Shown: one piece after another, positions 35,958 to 47,304 of the stretch
How positions within the stretch are numbered: position 1 is the first letter of the stretch
Layout of the letters: every line of letters begins with the position of its first letter
Assembly: GCF_006345805.1 (NCBI RefSeq)
Contig: NC_043008.1
Span: 57,226,001-57,290,000, forward strand
DNA length: 64,000 nt
Direction of reading: 5' to 3'
Source of the DNA: Octopus sinensis
Taxonomy: Eukaryota
The notes under the pieces: model-generated
What the model was told of the DNA's origin: nothing
Seen by the model: the letters and a program-made list of their open reading frames with translations, nothing else
Database searches by the model: none
Position numbers and translations under genes: made by a program

Positions 35958-36837
35958 AATTCAACAATTGAGGGTAAAATTAATTAATTATTAATCAATT
36001 TCACCAAGTATTCAGTATGTAAAGGGACCATTTAAGGCGAATTCAAAATATTACATTTTATAAAGGGCTTAGTAAAATAAATTTTTAATGTTTTTACCCC
36101 CATACCTTCGTGGGCTATTTTGAGTAAGCACTATCTGAGAGAAATTTTCTTTAAGTATTAGAATTTGGCTAAAAAAAAAAAAAAAAAAAAAATTTTTTGG
36201 CTGCTATTTCTAATGAGTTCAGTATTTGGCAAAGTAATTTCTTTTACTAAGCCCTTTATAAAATGTAATATTTTGAATTCGCCTTAAATGGTCCCTTACA
36301 TACTGAATACTTGGTGAAATTGATTAATAATTAATTAATTTTACCCTCAATTGTTGAAATTATAATCATTTCTCTCTGTTTAATGCTTCGGTTTTCACCG
36401 ATAAAATTATGGTGTTGCTAGTTAGGTTAGCCCACGTGGGGGTGGAAAGGGGAGGGCAGAAATTCTTCGCTTGCATATTTTGAATTTGTTGGCACTGTTA
36501 GTCTGAACGGATCTTCGGAGGTGAAAAGTCGCCAAAAGGGTATGCTCCTACTTTCAGTGTTTACAAATCCGAATTAAGGAATTTTGGGCTGACGAAAGAA
36601 ATGTCGAATTGTATTTGGCTGATCTAGAAACGTACGTTCTCAAATAACCTTTGCACTTGTGATTTTTTAATGTTTTTACCCCCATACCTTCGTGGGCTAT
36701 TTTGAGTAAGCACTATCTGAGAGAAATTTTTTAAGTATTAGAATTTGGCTAAAAATTTTTTTGGCTGCTATTTTAATGAGTTCAGTATGTGGCAAGTAAA
36801 GTAATTTATTTACTAAGCCCTTTATAAAATGTAATAT
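35958..36837 (+). mobile_element. Non-coding hammerhead-bearing element C (~1.3 copies of a ~570-580-bp unit with inverted 5' end)
   Basis: 120-bp inverted arms 35958-36077 / 36242-36361; direct repeat 36082-36271 / 36664-36837; (TA)n on both sides. Confidence 0.85.
36583..36644 (+). ncRNA. Type I hammerhead-like motif (element C)
   Basis: TTTGGG-CTGACGA-A-AGA..(GTCGAAT:ATTTGGC)..TCT-A-GAAA-CGTACG-TT-CTCAAA; 6-bp stem I, palindromic stem III AACGTACGTT; A:A mismatch at the base of stem II. Confidence 0.68.
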
Positions 36838-36866
36838 ATATATATATTATATATATATATAATAAC

Positions 36867-36976
36867 AATAATCCTTAGATAGAATTTTTAAACATTTAAT
36901 GCATCGCTACGCGAGTTTCCATATTGGAAACTCGCGTAGCGATACATTAAATGTTTATAAATTCAATCCAAGGATG

Positions 36977-36980
<4 letters not shown>
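36867..36980. repeat. Foldback with ~54-bp arms and 5-nt loop
   Basis: ..GCATCGCTACGCGAGTTTCC-ATATT-GGAAACTCGCGTAGCGATAC.. Confidence 0.9.
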
Positions 36981-37039
<59 letters not shown>

Positions 37040-37191
37040 TATATATTTAACCTACATTTTATCCGTACAGCTCGATGCAACCCCAAATAACTGGTTCACG
37101 AGTCATTGGTGAACCAACATCATTGAACTGTGGCCAATATAATTGAATAGGAGCTTTATTTGCATATTCAAAACGTTTCCCAAGAACAAAT

Positions 37192-37229
<38 letters not shown>

Positions 37230-37346
37230 GTGTGTACTATGTTTGTGTGTTTGTGTGAGTGTGTGCAAATATATATACAGGGTGCGATGAATAAACTGTT
37301 GTCTAAAATACGCAAAAATGAAAATAGCATTTATATATGATATATA

Positions 37347-37384
<38 letters not shown>

Positions 37385-37387
<3 letters not shown>

Positions 37388-37720
37388 CATGTCTATTCCC
37401 CATTTTTTTGGCCACAACAGGACACACACCAAGTATTCCATTCATTTCCCTCCTCAAAGAGGCGAGCCCCATCCTATGCTTGGGTCAAGACATAGAACGC
37501 AACCTCCAATATCAGCAGCTGTTCCCGACAGTATATGCTGGTTTACCCCCGCCGCAAAATGCTGGTTCCGTACTCCTTTGAGCAACATTAAACTCACTCA
37601 TCCATCCATAAACACTCTCCAAGCTTTTCTATCAGTTATAAACTCTCTTGCCTCTCTCACTCTCACACCTCTAACCATCAAAGCTTTCCTCACTCCGTCA
37701 ATCCAAACAACAGGACGTTA
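37385..37720 (-). mobile_element. RTE-like LINE extreme 3' end
   Basis: Minus strand RPVVWIDGVRKALMVRGVRVREAREFITDRKAWR resembles the RTE C-terminal RP..W.D.V......R..WR motif, followed by a 3' UTR. Confidence 0.6.
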
Positions 37721-38185
37721 ACAACAGGTGTCTTTCGACTAAGGATGAATTAAATTAAGCTGGCGTGTATGGAAGTGAAACCTTAGGGCAGGGGCATAAG
37801 AGGTGAAAGTCATGGGAAGGAATATAAGAGATGCTACACGGATGGTAGCTGAACCAAGAAAGAAAGGTCAGGCTTGGCGGAACACCGGTCACATGGAAGG
37901 AGAGGGGAGAGGTGGGAGCAGAAGGATTGCAGAATTAGGGAGGGACGAGAAAGAGAGAAAAAGGAAAGGGAGAGGGTGAGGTAAAAGGGGAGGGAAAGTG
38001 ATGAGAATGAAGGGAAGGCCAAGAAATGTGAGAGAGGGGGGAGCGAGAAAATGAACAGGTTGTAAATCATCAATAATACTCGATTCGCTTTTTTTTCTAC
38101 GAATTAATTATTGTAGAAATATATTATGTCTTCTTTCGCTCGTTCTTAAGAAAACCAAAATTCATGTAGCAATTATAATCTATCA

Positions 38186-38358
38186 TAGGCGCAGGAGTGG
38201 CTGTGTGGTAAGTAGCTTGTTTACCAACCACATGGTTCCGGGTTCAGTCCCACTGCGTGGCACCTTGGGCAAGTGTCTTCTACTATAGCCTCGGGCCGAC
38301 CAAAGCCTTGTGAGTGGATTTGGTAGACGGAAACTGTAAGAAGCCCGTTGTATATATG

Positions 38359-38403
<45 letters not shown>

Positions 38404-38612
38404 TTGTGTGTCTGCGTTTGTCCCCCTAGCGCTGCTTGACAACCGATGCTGGTGTGTTTATGTCCCCGTTACTTAGCGGTTAGAATAAGTACTGGGCTTA
38501 CAAAAAGAATAAGTCCCGGGGTCGTGTTGCTCGATTAAAGGCGGTGCTCCAGCATGGCTGCAGTCAAATGACTGAAACAAGTAAAAAGAGTAAAAGAAAG
38601 AAAAAGAGTATC
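38186..38612 (+). mobile_element. Family A SINE, full length
   Basis: TAGGCGCAGGAGTGGCTGTGTGGTAAG head to (AAAAGAGT)n tail. Confidence 0.92.
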
Positions 38613-38873
38613 TTATTTACTCCGCACTTCGTTATTTTATTTTCCCCAAAACTTGTTAACAAAGAAGGGATGTGTTTTGTCATGTTCAATGGTAATCAAC
38701 TAACAATAAGTGATGATATTATTTTCCGACAAAATAATTAACAATTCTCAGTAACACTTTAAGAAAACAACTATATATTTTCTTAAATTAAAGTCAAGTT
38801 TCAGTGTTTATTACTTCTGACATAAAACGGGGGAGGAAACAGTAAAATAAATATCATTCTTATCTCTTCTGTC

Positions 38874-39257
38874 ATGGAAGCACTCCGTCGGTTACGACGA
38901 CCAGAGTTCTGGTTGATCCGAATCAACGGAACAGCCTGCTCGTGAAATTAACGTGTAAGTGGCTGAGCACTCCACAGACACGTGTACCCTTAACGTAGTT
39001 CTCGGGGATATTCAGCGTGACACAGAGAGTGACAAGGCCGGCCCTTTGAAGTGCAGGTACAACAGAAACAGGAAGTAAGTGTGAGAAAGTTGTGGTGAAA
39101 GAGTACAGCAGGGATCACCACCATCCCTGCCGGAGACTCGTGGAGCTTTTAGGTGTTTTCGCTCAATAAACACTCACAACGCCCGGTCTGGGAATCGAAA
39201 CCGCGATCCTATGACCGCGAGTCCGCTGCCCTAACCACTGGGCCATTGCGTCTCCAC
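38874..39257 (-). mobile_element. Family C SINE, alternative-tail subfamily
   Basis: Head CCCTAACCACTGGGCCATTGCGTCTCCAC; tail CACTCCGTCGGTTACGACG. Confidence 0.85.
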
Positions 39258-39682
39258 TTCTCTTCTGTCATATGATATATTCAATGGAGAAAAGCTTTTA
39301 CGTTGCTTTCTCATGCGACTGCCACATGAGCTTAACCGATGAATCTATATGTTTCCGGATCGCGCCCTCAGCCACGTTCTTTCTTTAAAAACAAACAACA
39401 CAAGAACAGTCCAAAACAGATGCAATTTGCAACACAGCTTCAAATGCTAAACACTTTTGAAAACCTAACGTGAAACTGGTCAAGTGTATACTTATATTTT
39501 TACATCCAAATAAATTCTAATATATCTCTGTATATTTTCAGTTCCATTTCTTCTACAGAAGCGGCTATACGATATAGAAACTCAACTCCAGAGTGGCAGG
39601 GAATTGCAACGGTCTAATTAAAATATTGCATAAACTATATTTGTATTGAATACCTCGGCACCTGATCGTAACTTATCAACAG

Positions 39683-39723
<41 letters not shown>

Positions 39724-39754
39724 CGGAACTTCCGCAATTGATATATATATTATA

Positions 39755-40025
39755 TACATCGTGTTGTGTTCTCGAGCAAGACACTTTATTTCACGTTGCG
39801 CCAGTTCACTCAGCTGTAGAAATGAGTTGCGACGTCACTGGTGCCAAGCTGTATCGACCTTTGTCTTTTCCTTGGATAACATTGGTGGCGTGGAGAGGGG
39901 AGGCTGGTATGCATGGGCGACTGCTGGTCTTCCATAAACAACCTTGCCGGACTTGTGTCTAGGAGGGTAACTTTCTAGGTGCAATCCCATGGTCATTCAT
40001 GACCGAAGGGGGTCTTTACCCTTTT
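39755..40025 (+). mobile_element. Headless SINE with CORE-like block
   Basis: TGTGTTCTCGAGCAAGACACTTTATTTCAC..CACTCAGCTG..AAATGAGT; similar to 55080-55146. Confidence 0.65.
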
Positions 40026-40050
40026 ACATATACATATAATAATAAAGGCT

Positions 40051-40277
40051 AAAATTAATTAATTAATTAGTAATTGATAATTCCACCAAGTAGTGTTCAG
40101 CATGTTAAAAGGACCATTTACGATAAACTTAAACATTACTTTTTATAATTATGAGTATAATTATAATTAGGTTTCAGCAAAAAAAAAGTAATGTTTAAGT
40201 TTACCGTAAATGGTCTTTTTAACATGCTGAACACTACTTGGTGGAATTATTAATTACTAATTAATTAATTAATTTTA
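40051..40277. repeat. Foldback with ~93-bp arms, related to the arms of element C
   Basis: CACCAAGTAGTGTTCAGCATGTTAAAAGGACCATTTA versus CACCAAGTATTCAGTATGTAAAGGGACCATTTA in element C. Confidence 0.88.
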
Positions 40278-40310
40278 CCCTTCATTACTATATATATATA
40301 TATATATATA

Positions 40311-40520
40311 TAATAAATATTAGGGAATAAATCCAAACTTACAGGGAAAAATCAGATTTAGGATTGAATCCAATTTTATAGTAAAATATTATATTATATT
40401 ATAGTGATATATTAATTATATTTTTTAATAATTTTGTTATATATTTAAATAATATAAATTAAATAATCTTATGTATTGGCTTGAGTTTTTCATTGTATGA
40501 TTTGCCTAATAGTGGTTTTG
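40311..40520. repeat. Second copy of the 11770-12012 family
   Basis: TTAGGGAATAAATCCAAA..CAGGGAAAAATCAGATTTAGG and the inverted TAGTGGTTTTGTCTCTAATTT are shared. Confidence 0.85.
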
Positions 40521-40531
40521 TCTCTAATTTA

Positions 40532-40629
<98 letters not shown>

Positions 40630-41490
40630 GAGAGAGAGAGAATTTGAGGTACACGGTGTAAAGATATGAGTTATTAATGGTGTATCGCATTGGAGATAAC
40701 AGTCTCGGCATGTTTCATAACGCACCTTGTGTCTCCAATCTTGCAGATTGCTTGGAGACACACGACGTCTTATGAAAACCTCTCAAGACCTTCGTCTCCA
40801 ATAAAAGAAATTATTTGTTGCTCGTATCTTTATATATACATTAAATGATATTCACCTCTCACTTGATAGTGTATTTCTTTGTTGTTTTTATATTAATGGA
40901 ACAGTATACGCTTATGTAGTTATTAGTTACATATGTGTAGTTATGTATTCCTACATTGTACATATATATATATATATATATTTATCGAGATGTTATTCTT
41001 TCGTAGACAGTAGAACAACTACAGTCCCTGTGGAAGAGACCAGCTGCAATTTCTCAATAACTCCTACGATGACGTTCAATGGAATTTGCCGAACATTTCT
41101 CACTAACGTTACAGAACAACTAAGAGCTTCGTTTTTTTCCCCAATTGAATTATATAACACAGTATAATTCTGTAAATATCCCACTGTTAAGCATCCATAT
41201 TAAACCCGAATCATTTCATTAATTTGTGATTCTCTGGTAATATAATTATCGTTTTGCCGTCGCAGAGGTTATAATGTGAAATGTTATCCACGATAACTAT
41301 ATTACATTGTTAGGACTTTGCTTTGCTTTATACATTTGATATGAAAATTTCAGTGTCTGGTTCTCCTATATATTTAACATTGTTTACGAAACAAGACAAG
41401 GTTTCTTTCAGTTACATACTGAGATCGTAAAATTTATATGGCACCAGTTTCTGTAAGAGGACGGTTAAAAGTTACGTTGTGGCATCTTAC

Positions 41491-41536
41491 CGCCCGTTGA
41501 TAAGAGGCAATAACCTCGAAACCGCGGTCCGGTGCG
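41491..41536 (+). ncRNA. Type I hammerhead with compensatory U3-A8 core
   Basis: CGCCCG-TTGATAA-GAGG-CAATAA-CCTC-GAAA-CCGCGG-TC-CGGTGCG; 4-bp stem II, palindromic stem III ACCGCGGT, GTC site after 41529. Confidence 0.75.
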
Positions 41537-41989
41537 TATCACTTAGGCTTACGAGAAAGGGATGGCCTCCCTTTGCAAATATCATAAGGGCACAGATAGT
41601 GTGCCTAAAGCCAGCTGGAGACGATGATCTCCTGGGGCTAAAAAGCTACAGTAACACCCACCTTTGTGGTTAGCCATATTGAGATGGCTATTATACTTTA
41701 CAGTGCAAAGATGCATTGTGGTATTCCGTCGTTTCCAGAGAGCAAACAGCTACAAAATCTGAACGATTTGGTCTCAGCTGGAAAGCAAGTCATAACTTGC
41801 CTGAAGACTTTGCAGGCACTGGCGAGACTCTGAGTAACCAGAGACTGACTCGACCAAAATAAAACGCATTATTATATACATTGTTTATACATTATTATAT
41901 ATTATTACTCTCTAATATGATACTATGTACCCTTTTCTACGACAGTCAACACCAAACGATGAGTGTGTGTGTGTGTGTGTGTGGTGTGT

Positions 41990-42205
41990 GTGTGTGTGTG
42001 TGTGTGTCTATGTACATCTTTTTCAACCGCATTCTACTTGACAACCGATGTTAGTAGTTTATTTACGTCACCACAACTTAGCAGTTCGGCGAAATATACT
42101 ATTAAAATAAGTCCCAGATTTTAAAAACAGAAAGCTGGGATCGATTTGCTCGACTAAAGCCCTTCTTAGCGGTGGCCACAGTCGTATGACTGAAACACAT
42201 AAAGA
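41990..42205 (+). mobile_element. Family A SINE, 3' half (degenerate)
   Basis: CTTGACAACCGATG..GATTTGCTCGACTAAAG..GACTGAAAC. Confidence 0.75.
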
Positions 42206-44176
42206 TTTTTTTTAATGATAAAAGAAAGCAACGTATTCTTTCTTCTATGGCATGCCTTGATCACTTTAAACCTGGGTGAAGCCACATTCTCTCCAGATCT
42301 GAAATTGGCCGATTTCTTCTGTGGAAAGAGTAAAATGAGAGGTTAGAAAAATCAGCTCCCATCCTTGCTTGACTTGTACATTATTCATTGAAATCTGAAA
42401 TGACGTTCAATGGAATTTGCCGAACATTTCTCACTAACGTTACAGAACAACTAAAAGCTTCGTTTTTTTCCCCAATTGAATTATATAACACAGTATAATT
42501 CTGTAAATATCCCACTGTTAAGCATCCATTTTCATATCAAATGTATAAAGCAAAGCAAAGTCCTAACAATGTAATATAGTTATCGTGGATAACATTTCAC
42601 ATTATAACCTCTGCGACGGCAAAACAACAATTATATTACCAGAGAATTACAAAGTCCACTTTGACCTCGGCCGAATTTGAACTCAGGACGGAGAAAGTTA
42701 AAAGAGTACTGCAAGGCTTTTACGACTCCGCCATATTAACTGCTTATATTAGCCACATGTCTTCAGGAAAGCAAGAGGAGGAGGAGGAAGAGGAGGATTT
42801 CAATACTGACCATCATTACAGCCGATCTGGTAAAATTTCTCTTCACTCTTTCATATTAAATTTGTGTGTGACGCGAAGAAATCACCTTACAGAGTAGAAA
42901 ATTTCCGTTTTCATTAAAATGTAGAGCTAAACAGAAAAAGAAGTTGGTTTATCAAAAATGAAAGACATGGTGATAATTAATGATATCAGAGAATCTCTTT
43001 AGACGGCAATACTTGATGAATTTCTGTGATAATAAATGATATCACGCGTTGTGTTGTGGCAGCAACACTTAAATTTGTGAGTGATAAATCATATCATATG
43101 TTGTATTGAAAACTTCTTATATGTCAAGACTATTGTTCACAGTAGAATCACTTATGCAGAATACAAGGGATTTTTGCGTGGTCATTCGAAATACTAGACA
43201 TAACAACTAAATCTCACAGTGTCATTGTAAATAAAGAAGACTATATTAAACATTGTACTCGCTGTTATTCAAGACAAGATCGAGATCAGAGCTATTGCGT
43301 CTTTGATCAGAGGTCAGCTGGATTTGACATGGCTAAAGTAGGATTAAACAAAATTAACTAAATCTAGACAAGATAAAGAGATATAGATATTTGGCGGTGA
43401 TCTATATTTGCAGTTCCGATCTATCAACTGCTTAATAGGTTTACACTGTTGTAGGTCTACATGTTGATTCGAACCCCAGAACTTGTGTATTTCAATCAGA
43501 AAAGACTGTTTAACAATTTAGCCTTCAGAGTTCTCTGTCAAACTTACTGCTTGTTTAATCAGATTGTTTTGAATTAATCATGCATTATCTTATAGCTTTG
43601 AGACGCCAATAATATGCTTGTTTATTTCTAGGGTAGGTGGGAGAGGCTGGATCTGGATCGTTTGAACAATAGAATATTTCGACCAAATATGGTCGGTTTA
43701 AATGCTAAAAGGTTAAAGAACTGAGTTTTAGGCAGATTTAATAATGACATCAGCAAAACTCTGGCAGGTATTAACCGTGTTTTTAATGATAATACCGTCA
43801 TTATCGTCGTGTGAATGGTTTACTAGTATTCCATTAAGCTATTTGTTGCGATCTCGGAAAATTTAGCTACTATTGCAAGTAAGTCGAGCAACGACGTAGA
43901 GGCTCCTTCTTTAAAAATATGAGACACTGAAGAACAACGGCATTATTTGAGCCGACAACAAATATTTGCCAAACTAAATATGGCAAACTCTTTAGGAAAC
44001 AATGACAACCTACACTTGGTTGTTACTGCTTGACAAGGCACCCCTAGATTCATGTATTTTAGAAAAATAATAATAACAATTTGGTGACACTTTAGAATTT
44101 TCAAATTAACATTCGGATACCTCTAACCGGATATTAAAAGCACCTGGTGATCACAGTTTCACTAAACATTACACCT

Positions 44177-45370
44177 ATGAGGATGGAATGAAAAGTTCGT
44201 AGGTTGGCTAGGAAGGAGTGATGCTACAGCTGTGAAATCTTATATGCATTAATTTCAACTCTTGTTATTGTTAATAACAGCGTTGATTCTTTTGTCAGTT
44301 AAACTGAAACCTGACTCTTCGAAGAAGACTTCAAAAGTACCTAATAGCGACGTCTCTTGAAAATGGACGCATTTTACCATCGTAGTGTTATCAAGTACTT
44401 GCAGAAAAACAGTTTAGCCCCCCCCCCCGAGTATAATCTCTTATTCTCTTTACTCTTTTACCTGTTTCAGTCATTTGACTGCGGCCATGCTGGAGCACCG
44501 CCTTTAGTCGAGCAAATCGATCCCAGTATTTATTCTTTGTAAGCCTAGTACTTATTCTATCGGTCTCTTTTGCCGAACCGCTAAGGTACGGGGTCGTAAA
44601 CGCACCACCGTCGGTTGTCAAGCGATGTTAGGGGGACAAACACAGACACACAAACATATACACACACACACACATATATATATATATACATATATACGAC
44701 GGGCTTCGTTCAGTTTCAGTCTACCAAATCCACTCACAAGGCTTTGGTTGGCCCAAGGCTATAGTAGAAGACACTTACCCAATGTGCCACGCAGTGGAAC
44801 TGAACCCAGAACCATGTGGCTGGTAAGCAAGCTACTTACCACACAGCCACTCCTGCGCGTATATATTCATGTTGGCGTCGTTGCTGCATTAGGGGACGAC
44901 GGCCAAGCTTTATCAACAGTGAAAAAGTGGGCAACTGAATTTAGGAGAAGAAGGGATGGTCTTGAAGATCACCGAAAGTCTGGACGTCCTACAGCTGCCA
45001 CCGCCGAGGAAAATAACGATCGTGTTCAACTCATGCAGATGGATGACAGGCGATTGAATATAAATCAAATAGCCAAGGTTATTAGCATACTCTGTGAGAA
45101 AGTTGAGAATATTCTGTGCAATGAACTTGAGGGGTGCCACGTCTTCTGACACCTGATCTAAAGCGTACCAGGCTCATCGCATCACAGGAAAATCTGACAT
45201 TACTTGAGGCAGATCCAGCTGGTTTCCTTGAACGTTTCCTAAGCCAGGATGAGCGTTGGATTCATAACTTTGAGCAACAGACAAAGAGACAATCCATGCT
45301 GTGAAAAGCCTCTCCTCACTGCTCCTAAAAGGCTAAAGTCGTTTGATCTAAGGTAATGGCCTCACATTTT
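44177..45370 (+). pseudogene. Mariner transposase pseudogene (N-terminal HTH to first catalytic Asp), split by a SINE
   Basis: MDAFYHRSVIKYLQK..LSTVKKWATEFRRRRDGLEDHRKSGRP..DDRRL..PRLLTPDLKRTR..QDERWIHNFEQQTKRQSM; frameshifts present. Confidence 0.88.
44432..44860 (-). mobile_element. Family A SINE nested in the mariner
   Basis: Full copy interrupting the transposase after ..NSLAP. Confidence 0.9.
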
Positions 45371-45384
45371 GCTATTTTTTATGT

Positions 45385-46048
45385 GAGACGCATGCCTTCT
45401 TCACTATGTCCCTGGGAAAATCTTCAACCATTTGATCTTGGCTACCAGCTCGGCCTCTGTTGCAGGCAGATCGATCGGTGTCTTTCTTAACTGCACCCAC
45501 ATAAATTAATCCATGTGATTACAATCGGGAGAATTAGGAGGCCAGAAATAGAGTATTGGCGTCGTAGAATTCCTCCAACAACCACTTCTGACTCTTTCCG
45601 GATGTATGGCAAAGCGCCAAATCCTGCTGCCACACATACCGCCTTCAAGCAGCAACCCTCCCTCTCCACTCAGAGATTGATAGTAGTCTTTGGCAGTTCA
45701 TATAGCCATCATCTGAACTGAGCCTATGGCTCTATTCAAAGACGTGGGAATGAATTCCGACGCGCGGAGGCAATCAGGACGCCTGTCGCATCCCTTCCTG
45801 CTGGACACATTTTTTAGTCTCTGTTGCAGTATGATCTCCGATGCGAATCAACATGATAAAGGCAACTCTTTTCTGATATCAGATAGTTTCCAGTCCTCCA
45901 TGTCAGCTAACTTTTTTCTCAAATACTATTTTAATCTTCATGCTCTCCAACGCCGCTGATTATTCACCAATACATCAAGCTGTTCCTGTAAAAAAAAAAA
46001 GAGACAAAAATCCTGAAATTTAGTCCGAACACCCTGCATATAGAAAGA
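45385..46048 (-). mobile_element. Internally deleted Tc1/mariner-superfamily element
   Basis: Minus strand FWPPNSPDCNHMD..AELVAKIK..PRDIVKKAC (catalytic C-terminus); terminus TATGCAGGGTGTTCGGACTAAATTTCAGG. Confidence 0.7.
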
Positions 46049-46456
46049 AGTAATCTCTTCATTCAGAGACTGAACCTGAATCATTGCCACAGATTACAAA
46101 GGAATTAACCTCTAAACTAATAAGGCATAGCGCTGCCTTTATGGATATATCGAAATTACAGTATCCTAGACGTTATGTCTCGGGAAACATTCATTTTAAG
46201 AATTGCAAATATTAGTCTCTTAATACCCATTAAGGTTGATAAATATAAATAGTCAGGCTTTTCTGTAGACAAACATAGCCAATAAGTCGTGAATCAAATA
46301 CAAATAGAATCTCCAAAATGGCATCAGTTAACTTTAGAAATGGAGAATGGTGCACAATTTGCCTGATAATTTAACACTGAGTAATTTTTATGATTTTTAT
46401 CGTTTCATATATTTATCAATATGCAGTCTTAAAACGGAAGCATGTGTGTGTGTATA

Positions 46457-47300
46457 TATACCCGGTCTGGTCAATAAGTATCCGGACTGTTGCTATAGTA
46501 ACGAAGCTAAAAGATGGAGAGGGAAGCTGCTTGGTGCAGATTGACCTTGAATTCTGTTCTGCATGCACACTAAGTTTTAACGTTCTAGCTCACTTTAGCT
46601 CTTTACAGCAGTGCTTGGAAATAACGTGCGTAACGTGTGATTGTCGCATTGACCATGACAGAGAAAGTTGAGCTGAGAATCTGCATCAAGTTTTGGCAAA
46701 AGCTTGGTGAAACCTGCTCAGAGGCCTACGCAAACTTTTCAAAACGTTTTCATCGTTCTCGACACAATCAAGGAGATATTATACAACTGAAACCCGAGTC
46801 TCATTTTGATCACCTGAAAAGCAGTTTTTGAAAAAACTTAGCACACACGCGTCTCATACCCAAATCTTCAGTGATAACGGACTGAACTGAACCGTAACTA
46901 ATCTGCACATCCTCTGATAACTCAGGGATGGTGATTCGACGATTTCACCTCAAAGATGCATGCTCATCTGCGATGTTTTTCTCAGTTCTGCTGGTTGCGG
47001 GTTTCCCAGAATGTTCGTCAATATCAACATTTTTTTGGCCATATTGGAAACGTCTGAACTGCTTGTACACTTGTGTGCGGTTCATACACTCCTCTCCATA
47101 CACTGTCTGCAACTGCGTAAGCATCTGAGCAGGTATCAACATGACAACTTTCTCTGTCATGGTCAATGCGACGATCACACGCTACACATATTCCTTCAAA
47201 GCACTGCTGTAAATAGTGGAAGTGAGCTATAACGTAAAACTCTAGTGCGCATGCAAAGCAGAGTTCAAGTCTAAAATATACCCTCCATTTTCTACAATGC
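46457..47300. mobile_element. Two convergent partial copies of one mariner family
   Basis: Plus: TIR-like TACCCGGTCTGGTCAATAAGTATCCGGAC and MTEKVELRICIKFWQKLGETCSEAY. Minus: MTEKV..QTVYGEECMNRTQVYKQFRRFQYGQKNVDIDEHSGKPATSRT. Leaders are homologous. Confidence 0.82.
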
Positions 47301-47304
47301 TTTG

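Noticed and set aside
39541-39682. Possible plus-strand terminal exon (KRLYDIETQLQSGRELQRSN*)
   Set aside because: Short, with no homology I can recognise and no supporting upstream exons.
40689-40800. Repeated TTGGAGAC/GTCTCCAA words with a 10-bp hairpin (40729-40761)
   Set aside because: Could be a decayed MITE subterminal repeat, but no TIR or TSD could be defined.
40943-41184. Overlapping ORFs on both strands with a possible acceptor at ~41006
   Set aside because: No recognisable domain or convincing donor; partly within the locally duplicated segment.
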